Shown in pieces: positions 8,464 to 17,222 of a DNA stretch of 64,000 nt. The position numbers and the translations under genes are program-made. Position 1 is the first letter of the stretch. Every line of letters begins with the position of its first letter. The notes under the pieces are model-generated. The model was not told where the DNA came from. It made no database searches and saw only the letters and a list, made by a program, of their open reading frames with translations. Source of the stretch: an uncultured delta proteobacterium (lineage in GTDB: Bacteria; Myxococcota_A; Polyangia; Fen-1088). The stretch spans positions 141,266 through 205,265 of the forward strand of contig CAVWIP010000014.1 in the NCBI GenBank assembly GCA_963755125.1. Reading direction: 5' to 3'.

Positions 8464-10185
8464 ATGTTTACGATTGAAATCGATAGCAAGCCCATCGAGA
8501 CAAACGGGGGCGAGACCATTCTTTCGGTGTGCCAGCGTGAAGGCGTCCACATTCCGACCTTGTGCTACATGGAAGGCCTGCCCCCCAGCGGCGCCTGCCG
8601 TCTGTGCATCGTGGAAGTGGAAGGCGCGCCTGGCCTGGTGCCGTCCTGTTCTTTTCCGGTTGCCAAGGACATGAAGATCAAGACCCGCTCGCCCAAGGTG
8701 CTGGCGGCCCGGCGCACTATCGTGGAGTTGTTGCTGTCCAATCACCCCGATGATTGCCTGTACTGCACGCGCAATCAGCGCTGCGACCTACAGTCCCTGG
8801 CCGCCGAGTTCGGCGTGCGCCAGCGCCACTACATCGGCAAGAAGAACAACCGCGACATGGACGTGTCGTCGCCCTCCATCGTGCGCGACCCGGACAAGTG
8901 CGTGCTGTGCGGCCGCTGCGTGCGCGTGTGCGAGGAGATCCAGGGCGTCTCCGCCATCGACTTCATCCACCGCGGTCCCAAGGCGGTGGTGGGCACGGCG
9001 TTCGAGACCGGCCTCAACGTCTCGTCGTGTATCAACTGCGGCCAGTGTATCCTGGCTTGCCCGACAGCAGCGCTGACCGAGCACAGCTACCTCAATGAGG
9101 TGATGGCGGCTCTTTCCGACCCGAACAAGTACGTGGTGGTCCAGCACGCGCCGGCGGTGTCGGTGACCATCGCGGAGGAATTCGGCCTCAAGCCGGGCAA
9201 GGACGCCGACGGCCACATGGTCGCGACCCTGCGCAAGCTGGGGTTCAAGCGGGTGTTCGACACCTCGTTCACCGCCGATCTGACCATCATGGAAGAGGGG
9301 TCGGAGCTGGTGAAGCGCATCCAGAGCGGCGGCACCCTGCCCATGATGACGAGCTGCTCGCCCGGGTGGATCAAGTACGTCGAGCAATTCTACCCCGACT
9401 TCATTCCCAATCTGTCCACCTGCAAGAGTCCGCAGCAGATGATGGGCGCGGTGATCAAGTCGTTCTTCGCGAAGCGCGAGGGACTCGATCCGTCGAAGAT
9501 CGTCAGCGTCTCGGTCATGCCCTGCACGGCCAAGAAGTTCGAGTGCGCGCGCGAGGAGATGGGGCGCGACTACGTGCCGGACGTGGACTACGTCCTGACC
9601 ACGCGCGAATTGGCTCAGCTCATCCGTATGTTCGGCATCGACATGATGGATGTCGAACCGGATCACGCTGACACGCCCTTCGGTCTGCGCTCCACCGCCG
9701 GCAAGATCTTCGGCGCCACCGGCGGCGTGATGGAGGCTGCCATCCGCAGCGCGTATTTCTTGCTGACCGGCAAGGAATTGAAAGAGCTGAAGGTGCAAGA
9801 GGTACGCGGCCTGGACGGCATCAAGGAGGCCAAGGTCAAGATCGGCGATCTCGAGGTCGGCGTGGCAGTAGCCAGCAGCCTGAAGAACGCTGCGCAGTTG
9901 CTGGAGTCGATACGGGCGGGCCGCAAGGACATCCATTTCATCGAGGTCATGACCTGCCCCGGAGGCTGCATCGCCGGCGGCGGCCAACCGCTGCACGGCG
10001 ACCAGAATGCCATCAAGGCGCGCATGCAGGCGCTGTATCAGATCGACCGCGACGAGGCCCTCCGGGTCAGCCACAAGAACGAGGACGTGGCACGGCTGTA
10101 CAAGGAATTTCTGGGCGCCCCGCTGGGCGAGATGAGCCACAAGCTCCTGCACACGCACTATCACCGACGAGACGTGCTGGTCTGA
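8464..10185 (+). CDS. hydA: [FeFe]-hydrogenase catalytic subunit (group A, trimeric type)
   Basis: H-cluster motifs TSCSPGW, MPCTAKKFE, EVMTCPGGCIAGGG; N-terminal [2Fe-2S], His-ligated and 2x[4Fe-4S] motifs. Confidence 0.97.
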   Translation: MFTIEIDSKPIETNGGETILSVCQREGVHIPTLCYMEGLPPSGACRLCIVEVEGAPGLVPSCSFPVAKDMKIKTRSPKVLAARRTIVELLLSNHPDDCLYCTRNQRCDLQSLAAEFGVRQRHYIGKKNNRDMDVSSPSIVRDPDKCVLCGRCVRVCEEIQGVSAIDFIHRGPKAVVGTAFETGLNVSSCINCGQCILACPTAALTEHSYLNEVMAALSDPNKYVVVQHAPAVSVTIAEEFGLKPGKDADGHMVATLRKLGFKRVFDTSFTADLTIMEEGSELVKRIQSGGTLPMMTSCSPGWIKYVEQFYPDFIPNLSTCKSPQQMMGAVIKSFFAKREGLDPSKIVSVSVMPCTAKKFECAREEMGRDYVPDVDYVLTTRELAQLIRMFGIDMMDVEPDHADTPFGLRSTAGKIFGATGGVMEAAIRSAYFLLTGKELKELKVQEVRGLDGIKEAKVKIGDLEVGVAVASSLKNAAQLLESIRAGRKDIHFIEVMTCPGGCIAGGGQPLHGDQNAIKARMQALYQIDRDEALRVSHKNEDVARLYKEFLGAPLGEMSHKLLHTHYHRRDVLV

Positions 10186-10219
10186 ATCGGGTCCACTGCA
10201 GGACTGGAAGGAAACGACA

Positions 10220-10612
10220 ATGGCGAACGCAAAGAAGATACTGGTGGTGGACGACGATCCCGACATCGTGGAGCAGGTGAGCCTGATCCTGAAGCAAGAC
10301 GGTCACGAGGTACACGCGGCGGGAACCCAGGCCGAGGCCGAGGAGATCCTGCTGTCGATCAAGCCGGACCTGGCCATCCTGGACCTGATGATGGAGGAGA
10401 AGGACACCGGGTTCGTGCTCTGTCATCGCATCAAGAAGTTGTACCCGGACACGCCGGTGATGATGGTCACCGCGGTCAAGGCCGCGACCGGGCTGTCGTT
10501 CGCGGCGGATTCGGCCTTGCAGCAGTCGTGGCTCAAGGCCGACCTGCTGCTGGACAAGCCCATCCGCTCCGAGCGCCTGCGCAATGACGTCGACCGGCTG
10601 CTGAACCGCTAG
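10220..10612 (+). CDS. Single-domain response regulator (receiver)
   Basis: ILVVDDD, LAILDLMM, KP motifs; 130 aa with no output domain. Confidence 0.9.
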   Translation: MANAKKILVVDDDPDIVEQVSLILKQDGHEVHAAGTQAEAEEILLSIKPDLAILDLMMEEKDTGFVLCHRIKKLYPDTPVMMVTAVKAATGLSFAADSALQQSWLKADLLLDKPIRSERLRNDVDRLLNR

Positions 10613-10642
10613 GAATCGGAGATCGAGTCGCAGGGCGTGGAG

Positions 10643-10921
10643 TCACCCCTTGCTCTGTTCGAGCAACCAGCGCCACGCGGGTTGTGCCCCGGGCCGCGCC
10701 GACTTCAATGCGGAGGAAACCTCGTGGTAGAGGAGGACGCCTTTCGCCTGTTGGGAGCGTGACTTTCCCAGTGCCATGGACATCTGCTCTCGCTTCGCCG
10801 TATTCGGATCGCTCAGGCTCCAGCAGACGTTCCCCAAGGCCCTGCCTTCTTCGTCCAGACCGCGTCCGGCCAGGATGTGATGGCCTATGTCGAAAACTGC
10901 TTCGGCCGCTATTTGCAGAGC
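10643..10921 (-). pseudogene. Chimeric remnant: DUF86/HepT-like fragment joined to an AAA-ATPase (DUF4143-type) C-terminal fragment
   Basis: Stop-free minus frame ALQIAAEAVFDIGHHILAG...VCWSLSDPNTAKRE...PAWRWLLE*; no plausible start ahead of the first fragment. Confidence 0.5.
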
Positions 10922-11000
10922 TGATGTACTTGAGGACCGGAAGCGCAGGCCCGACCGACACGGCCGTCGCCACCTCGGTGGGTTGTGGGGAACGGCTTTG

Positions 11001-12509
11001 CTAGATCTTTCCGCCGGTGAGCGAGATGCTGCTCCGAGGAGAGCGGCTCTCGTTGGCGGCGCTCACGCGGACGCCGGCGCGATCGACCACCGGGCAGCGG
11101 GTCTCGCAGATGCCACAGCCGGTGCAGTAGTCCAGATCGACGAACGGCATCTTCAGCGTCTTCTGCGAACCGTCGCGAGCAGTGATGGTCTCCATCTTGA
11201 AATAGATCGCCTTGGGCGAGGTCGGGCAGACCTCCTCGCACACGATGCACTCGGTCTGGTAGCCCCAGGGCAGGCAACGGCCCTTGTCGAAGAAGGCCGA
11301 GCCGATGCGCACGGGCGGGCGGACCGGCATCTCGCCGACCTTCTTTTCGATGGTCAGTTTCTCGATGGCGCCGGTGGGACAGACCTGGCCGCAGAGAACG
11401 CAGTTCGACTCGCAATAGCCGATGCGCGGGATCAGGATGGGCGACCAGAAGCCCTCGATGCCGGCCTCGTGCAGTGCGGGTTGCAGGCCGCCGGTGGGGC
11501 AGACCTTCATGCAGGCGGCGCACTTGAGGCACTTTTCCAGAAACGCCCTTTCTTCCAGTGAGCCGGGCGGCCGAATGCGCGCGGGATTGGGCCGCGGCTC
11601 CACCCCGTCCGAGGCGCGCATGAAAGGCACCGCCACCGCGCCCGCCACGCCGGCGCCCAACCACTTGCGCCGCACCAAATCGATCTTGGTGGTGGAGAGC
11701 TTCACCGGCGGCAGGAACCGGTAGGAAAGTCCGCCGCGCGGGCAGCTCTCGATGCAGTTCAGGCACACCATGCACTCGGTGGCGCGCACCGTGCCCTGAG
11801 GATCGGCCGCGCCCTGGCACTCGGACCCGCAGAACTTGCAGCCCTTGCAGATTTCCGGGTTCTTGCTGATACGGAACAGGGAGAACTTCGACAGCAGCCC
11901 GAGCAGCGCGCCCAGCGGACAGAGTACGCGGCAGTAGAAGCGCGGGTAAATCAGGTTGAGGGCCAGCGCGCCGAAGAAAACCAGGGTAATCAGGGTTCCC
12001 CACTGGAAGTGCCGTTCGCCCTGGTACATGCCGAAAGCGAGGTTGCCCAGCGCAGGCATGACAGACGTGGCCAGGCCACGCCAGGTCGAGGCGATGGGGT
12101 CGAGCAGGCCGATCTGTACGCTGCCGGCTGCCGCCAGACCGAGCATCACTGCCAGAACCAGATACTTGATCTTGTGCGAGGGCCGCGGGGCGTTCTGCTT
12201 CACCCGGTCAGGTGGCCGTCGCCTGCGCGCCAGGAAACCCAGAGCGTGGTGCAGGACGCCCATGGGACAGATCCACGAGCAGAAGAAGCGGCCCAGGATC
12301 AGGGTGGGCACGATGATGACCAGCGACCACAGCAGCGCGTGGTGCAGCGAGTGTGAGGCCAGCGCGGTGGTGACGGCCACCAGAGGGTCGAACTCGAGCA
12401 GCCATTGCACGTCGTAGCCGCGGATCAGCCCCGCGGTGGTGAGCAGGACGAAGAACAGGAAGAACCCGAGAAAGACAACCTGGTAGCTGCGACGCAACCA
12501 ACGAAACAT
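11001..12509 (-). CDS. Membrane polyferredoxin (NapH/MauN-like membrane part plus MauM/NapG-like 4Fe-4S domain)
   Basis: Several TM segments, CSWICP and CRVLCP, then multiple CxxCxxCxxxCP motifs; start MFRWLRR at 12509. Confidence 0.88.
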   Translation of the reverse strand: MFRWLRRSYQVVFLGFFLFFVLLTTAGLIRGYDVQWLLEFDPLVAVTTALASHSLHHALLWSLVIIVPTLILGRFFCSWICPMGVLHHALGFLARRRRPPDRVKQNAPRPSHKIKYLVLAVMLGLAAAGSVQIGLLDPIASTWRGLATSVMPALGNLAFGMYQGERHFQWGTLITLVFFGALALNLIYPRFYCRVLCPLGALLGLLSKFSLFRISKNPEICKGCKFCGSECQGAADPQGTVRATECMVCLNCIESCPRGGLSYRFLPPVKLSTTKIDLVRRKWLGAGVAGAVAVPFMRASDGVEPRPNPARIRPPGSLEERAFLEKCLKCAACMKVCPTGGLQPALHEAGIEGFWSPILIPRIGYCESNCVLCGQVCPTGAIEKLTIEKKVGEMPVRPPVRIGSAFFDKGRCLPWGYQTECIVCEEVCPTSPKAIYFKMETITARDGSQKTLKMPFVDLDYCTGCGICETRCPVVDRAGVRVSAANESRSPRSSISLTGGKI

Positions 12510-12511
12510 GG

Positions 12512-13567
12512 TCAGCCCCCCAGTTCGACGGTCTTCAGGCTCTGCCACTGCAGCGTGCCCAGGCCGGCCTTCATGCCCTCGACGATGAAGCCGACGTCGT
12601 TGGGGTTGAGTCCGAGCAAAGTGGCGCCAAAGGCATCGAGAGCGACCTCGTCGTTGCCGGCCGCGATGGTGTCCATCTGTTTCACGTCGGCCAGGCTGCC
12701 GCCGGTGGGGCCGTTGGCCAGAAGAATGCGCGTGGCATCCAGGATGGTCAGGGTGGGTTTCACCATGGCCGCCAGGTCAATGATGGAGAGGTGGATGTTC
12801 TGGTGCAGCTTCACGCGCTGGCCGCCCAGCACGCCGTACCAGTTCTTGAGCGACATGGACGCCAGCGAAAGCCCGTGCTGCTTGACAATCGGGACGTTGA
12901 TCACGCGATCCGCTTCGACGAAGGGGAAGAGCACATCGCCGGTGCGCAACAGTTTGCCCGACACGTTCACCTCGCGGAAGGCCGAGGCATCGGGCCGCAC
13001 CACGGTGGCACCCGCCGCCTTGGCCGCCTTCTCGATGCCCGAGCGGCCGAAGCATTGCTCGGGCGTGTTGACCGAAGCGTCGGTCAGCCACACCTTGCCC
13101 GCGCCCGCCGCGACCACCAGACGCACGACCTCGGCCACCACGTCGGGATTGGTGTTGGCGGCCTGCTCGGGTGTGCGATTCCAGCCGATGTTGGGCTTGA
13201 TGACCACGCGCTCACCGCGCCGGACGAAGCGGCCCATGCCGCCCAGAGCTTCTATGGCCTTGCGCACGTTGGCCGCAGGGTCCGGCCCGCGCGCGATGGC
13301 CATGTCCGTGGCGCCGGCCGGCTTGTCCGCCCGATGATCCTTTATGGTGGGCAGGTCGGCGGCCTGCTTGCGACTGCCGCGCTCGCGCAGTCCCAGGCCG
13401 AGCGCCACCGAGCCCAGGGCCATTGCCGCGGTCGCGCCCACGCGCAGAACCCCGCGTCGGTCCATGCCGGCGGCGTCGGCCGACGGCGTGGAGGTCGTCT
13501 GGGTGCCTTTGGGAACCTGCGCCGCAGGTACTTTGTCGTACGGGCCGGGCGGTCCGTTGCTGCTCAT
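12512..13567 (-). CDS. DUF362 family protein with Tat-like signal
   Basis: DRRGVL plus hydrophobic helix; KPNIGW, TNPDVV, INVPIVKQH, SLKNWYG. Confidence 0.85.
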   Translation of the reverse strand: MSSNGPPGPYDKVPAAQVPKGTQTTSTPSADAAGMDRRGVLRVGATAAMALGSVALGLGLRERGSRKQAADLPTIKDHRADKPAGATDMAIARGPDPAANVRKAIEALGGMGRFVRRGERVVIKPNIGWNRTPEQAANTNPDVVAEVVRLVVAAGAGKVWLTDASVNTPEQCFGRSGIEKAAKAAGATVVRPDASAFREVNVSGKLLRTGDVLFPFVEADRVINVPIVKQHGLSLASMSLKNWYGVLGGQRVKLHQNIHLSIIDLAAMVKPTLTILDATRILLANGPTGGSLADVKQMDTIAAGNDEVALDAFGATLLGLNPNDVGFIVEGMKAGLGTLQWQSLKTVELGG

Positions 13568-14115
13568 TTCATCTTCCCCTTCAGCGCCTTGGCCAGCCCG
13601 GGCAGGGCGGCTTCGGCCTTCTTGTCGAAGGCGGTCAGCTTCACGTAGTAACGGCTCGCACGGAACACGAACGACATGGGACCGGCGATCGCATCCGGGA
13701 AGTCAGTCACAGGCTTGGCCGTTGCTGATTTCTCCGCATCGAAGATCGACTGTGCATTGGCCGGCTCGGCCATGTCATACACCGCGCAGTCCACGTCGCT
13801 GCCGTCCGCTGTGGCCAGTTCGGTTGCAGCCTGCCTGCGGAAGTGGCGCTCTATGAAGATGGGTGCGGCTCCATCGATGGAGTCAAAGAGACCTTTTTCG
13901 TCGTAGAGAGTGACCTTTTCCTTGACCGTGGCGCCGCCCAAGTCGCCCTGGAAAAGCGCCAGCAAGATTTTGTCCGCCTCGGCGCCCGATGGCCGAGGCT
14001 TGCCCGCAGGAACGGCGGTCGCGACCATGGCGCGGTGGCCATCGCGGACCATCCATCCAATGAACGCCGGCGGGATGAGCGCCAGCAAGACGAAGAGGGG
14101 AGTGCGCACTGCCAT
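13564..14115 (-). CDS. Membrane-anchored DUF6599-like protein
   Basis: Start MAVRTPLFVLL with TM helix; LFDSIDGAAPIF...YDMAEPANAQSIF...RYYVKL; stop overlaps the DUF362 start. Confidence 0.7.
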   Translation of the reverse strand: MAVRTPLFVLLALIPPAFIGWMVRDGHRAMVATAVPAGKPRPSGAEADKILLALFQGDLGGATVKEKVTLYDEKGLFDSIDGAAPIFIERHFRRQAATELATADGSDVDCAVYDMAEPANAQSIFDAEKSATAKPVTDFPDAIAGPMSFVFRASRYYVKLTAFDKKAEAALPGLAKALKGKMK

Positions 14116-14259
14116 GAAGATTATGGCGAACGCACAGCGGCAATCAAGCACGGCCGCGTCGATCAGTCTGTCGTTGCATGATGGCGCAGAGCCTACAATA
14201 ATTCCAAGCGGCGGTCTGGGACCGCAGTTCGCTAGCCCCCGCTTACAGGAGAAAACCAC

Positions 14260-14865
14260 ATGACTCGTCTACGCCTTCTCGGTCTTTGCGCGTGCCTCGT
14301 TCTTTCGCTGACCACTATCGCGTGCGGCAGCAGCAACAGCGGTCCACTGACCTGGGACCAGTCGCGCATCGCCAACACGAGCTCTGATTGGTGGCTGAAC
14401 GCTCTCAAGGGCGAATATTACTTCTCCTTCGACATAAGCAGTGCGTCGAACCAAAGCGACTGCACGATGTTCTCGGATGTCATGACCTTCAGCAATGCCG
14501 TCCTGGCCAAGTACAAGTCCGGCGCCGCGCCGGCCACCATGGTCCCGGGAAGCGGCGAGGTTTCTGGCTGGACGTACGACCCAGGCCAGGTCAAGACCGC
14601 TACTGGGCCCGGGATTGCGACTGACCTGACCGGGGCCACGGATCTGATCGACGGCGGAGCAGCGGCCTTCTTCACGCCCAACTACTCGGCCACGGGCTTT
14701 GCCTGGGAGAACTACATCAACGACACCTACAAGTTGGAACTCCAGGTCTGGCAAATGGCGAGTGTGGCGAACGCCACGCAACTTTACACCGATCTCCTCA
14801 CGGCCAGTTCACTCTACAGCAACGCGACCTTCACTGCTGTGCCGGCAACCTGTCCCTCTCCCTAA
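14260..14865 (+). CDS. Lipoprotein, DUF6599-like (apparently circularly permuted)
   Basis: RBS AGGAGA, lipobox TIAC; DLIDGGAAAF...WQMASVANATQLY. Confidence 0.7.
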   Translation: MTRLRLLGLCACLVLSLTTIACGSSNSGPLTWDQSRIANTSSDWWLNALKGEYYFSFDISSASNQSDCTMFSDVMTFSNAVLAKYKSGAAPATMVPGSGEVSGWTYDPGQVKTATGPGIATDLTGATDLIDGGAAAFFTPNYSATGFAWENYINDTYKLELQVWQMASVANATQLYTDLLTASSLYSNATFTAVPATCPSP

Positions 14866-14929
14866 AGCCGCTGGCCAGAGATTCTGCCAGGGATGCAGCG
14901 CCATCCCCGGCAGCGGCGTTGCTTCTCGC

Positions 14930-16165
14930 TCAGACTTGAATCAGCGAGTAGTTCTTGCTGCCCAGGCCGGCGGCCGCGGCGTTGTCGATCCAGGGCAAGC
15001 TGCTGACTAGGGGTTTCATGCCGGCGGCAGTGCGAAGCTGGCTCATCAGAACCAGGGCGTAGCTGTCGAGTGCGACTGGGTCTTGCGCCAAGAGGATTCG
15101 CCCGGGGGTGGCATTGGGGGGAGATGAGGTGTCGCCGGAGATGACCGCGATGAGTGCGTCGACGATGGTCAGGGAAATCGAGTTGCGGATGGCCGGCAGG
15201 GCGTAGAGCTTGGGCAGCGCGGCGTTGAGGCTGTCGTGGTACAAGTCCGGGATGTCGATGATGCCGTAGATGTTCTTCATGGCTGCCGTGACGGTGGACA
15301 CCCCATGGGTCTTGAACACCGGGCAGTTGATGGTGATGTTGGTCAGGTCGGGATCAGTCAATATGCGCGACAGGCGTGGTGATTGGCACTCGATGGGCGG
15401 GCTGATGGCATCGCCGTAGCCAAGCCCGGCGGGCGTGACCGTGGCCTCGGTTTGGCCCTTCGATGTATCGAAGGGCCCGGTCAATGTTCCCAGGAGCTGG
15501 GCGCCAGCCAAATCATCGACGCTGTACTTGCCGGCGTCGTTGAGCTCACTCAGGTAGCGGTCCCACACGACAATCGTCGTCGGATCCACTCCCAACTTGT
15601 CGCGCAGGCTGGCGATGATGGCATGCACGACGGCCGGCGAAGTTGGTAACAGGCCGTTGAGGCAGTTGACCTTGAGCCCGATGCGCTGGCCGGGCCGGTA
15701 GTTCGGCAGCAGAATCTGCCACGGGTTGTCCACACCACCGTCCGATCCGGGCTGCCCGCCGTCACCCGCTGCGCTGCCGCCATCGGCGTCAGACAGGGCT
15801 GCATTGTCCGCCTGGGCGCCGCCATCTTGCGCTGACGATCCATTGAACAGTGCGACCTGGCTGGCCAAGGCCGTCAGGCCCGCGTCGACCATGCCCGCCA
15901 CCACGTCGGCATTGATGACGTTCGTCGCTCCTGACGTCACACTGTCCTGGCGGAAGACCTCGACCACCGTGGGCGTGACCGACGGAAACGTGCCTGCGGC
16001 TGGGCCCCCGTCAGGTTCCGGGCATGAAGCCTGCGCGGCGGCGTCTGGCCAGCGTCCGCCTACGCTGGGAAAGCAACCGGCCAGCCCGGCCACCGACGCC
16101 GCAGCCGCCGCTTTCGCGGCATCGGCCAGAATCTCGCGGCGGGTTCTGCCTTCAACTCTTGCCAT
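14930..16165 (-). CDS. DUF362 family Tat lipoprotein
   Basis: TRREIL signal with LAGC lipobox; KVNCL, INCPVFKTH, AAMKNIYG, DPVALD; DGG-rich linker. Confidence 0.82.
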   Translation of the reverse strand: MARVEGRTRREILADAAKAAAAASVAGLAGCFPSVGGRWPDAAAQASCPEPDGGPAAGTFPSVTPTVVEVFRQDSVTSGATNVINADVVAGMVDAGLTALASQVALFNGSSAQDGGAQADNAALSDADGGSAAGDGGQPGSDGGVDNPWQILLPNYRPGQRIGLKVNCLNGLLPTSPAVVHAIIASLRDKLGVDPTTIVVWDRYLSELNDAGKYSVDDLAGAQLLGTLTGPFDTSKGQTEATVTPAGLGYGDAISPPIECQSPRLSRILTDPDLTNITINCPVFKTHGVSTVTAAMKNIYGIIDIPDLYHDSLNAALPKLYALPAIRNSISLTIVDALIAVISGDTSSPPNATPGRILLAQDPVALDSYALVLMSQLRTAAGMKPLVSSLPWIDNAAAAGLGSKNYSLIQV

Positions 16166-16297
16166 GCAACTTCTCTTTCAAGCCGTAACCGAGAAAGATT
16201 AGCATGGCCGACGTGAGTCTTCTGGTAGAATCACCTTCGGTCGGCCAAGGGCGGCGGTAACACCGCGGGGGCGCGGTCCCAGTCCGAGGATTAACAC

Positions 16298-17206
16298 ATG
16301 ACAGCCATTTCCCGACGCAGTTTCGTTGGCGGCTCCCTCGCGGCAGTCGCGGCCCTTCGCTACGGGCGTGTTTTCGCCGCCGGTGAGCCCGACATCGTGG
16401 ACGTTCAGGGAAGCGACCCGCAAAAGATGGTCGCGGCGGTTTTCGCGTCTCTGGGCGGCATCGGCAAGTTCGTCAAGAAAGGCGACTTTGTCGTCCTCAA
16501 GCCCAACGCGGCCTTCGCCAATCCGCCCGATTGGGGCAGCACAACCCACCCGCAGACCGTGCTTGCAGTGGCCAAAGCGTGCCTGGATGCCAAGGCCAAG
16601 GGGGTCATGATCCTGGAGTTCCCGCAAGCCAAGGGCGAGATGTGCCTCAAGCGTTGTGGTCTGCTCGAAGCCATGGCCACCTTGCCGGCCGTCAAGGTCA
16701 AGCTGCTGGCGAATTCGAGCGACTTCCAGAAGGTCGACGTCAAGGGCGGCGTGTCCCTCAAGACTGCGGACGTGGCCAAAAATCTATTGTCGGCCGACGT
16801 GTTCATCAACCTGCCTGCGGCCAAAGCGCACTATCAGGCCGCTGTTTCGCTCGGGCTGAAGAACCACATGGGATTGGTTTTCGACCGGCAGATCTTTCAC
16901 ACCGCCTTGGATTTGCACCAAGCCATCGCCGATCTCGGTCTGGTCATCAAGCCGAACCTCACCATCATCGACGGCACGCGCGCCTTGCTCACCAACGGCC
17001 CGGCGGGACCGGGTGACACGGCGACGCCCGGTCGCATGGTGGCCGGCCGCCAGATCGCATCGGTCGATGCCTACGGGTTGACCCTGGCCAAGTTCAACAA
17101 CAAGAGCATGACACCGGCCGACGTGAGGCACATCCAGCTTGCGGGCAAGGCGGGGTTGGGGGAAGTCGACATCGCGAAGCTGAAGGTGAAGAAGGTTTCC
17201 GCCTAG
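16298..17206 (+). CDS. DUF362 family Tat-exported protein
   Basis: SRRSFVGG Tat motif; KPNAAF, THPQTV, INLPAAKAH, LGLKNHMG. Confidence 0.87.
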   Translation: MTAISRRSFVGGSLAAVAALRYGRVFAAGEPDIVDVQGSDPQKMVAAVFASLGGIGKFVKKGDFVVLKPNAAFANPPDWGSTTHPQTVLAVAKACLDAKAKGVMILEFPQAKGEMCLKRCGLLEAMATLPAVKVKLLANSSDFQKVDVKGGVSLKTADVAKNLLSADVFINLPAAKAHYQAAVSLGLKNHMGLVFDRQIFHTALDLHQAIADLGLVIKPNLTIIDGTRALLTNGPAGPGDTATPGRMVAGRQIASVDAYGLTLAKFNNKSMTPADVRHIQLAGKAGLGEVDIAKLKVKKVSA

Positions 17207-17222
17207 GCCGGCCGTTCGCGCC

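Noticed and set aside
5639..10266. Long antisense ORFs (669 aa, 492 aa) over hydB/hydA, and similar shadows elsewhere such as 32015-34402 and 44223-45701
   Set aside because: Expected from high-GC codon bias overlapping well-supported genes; no motifs.
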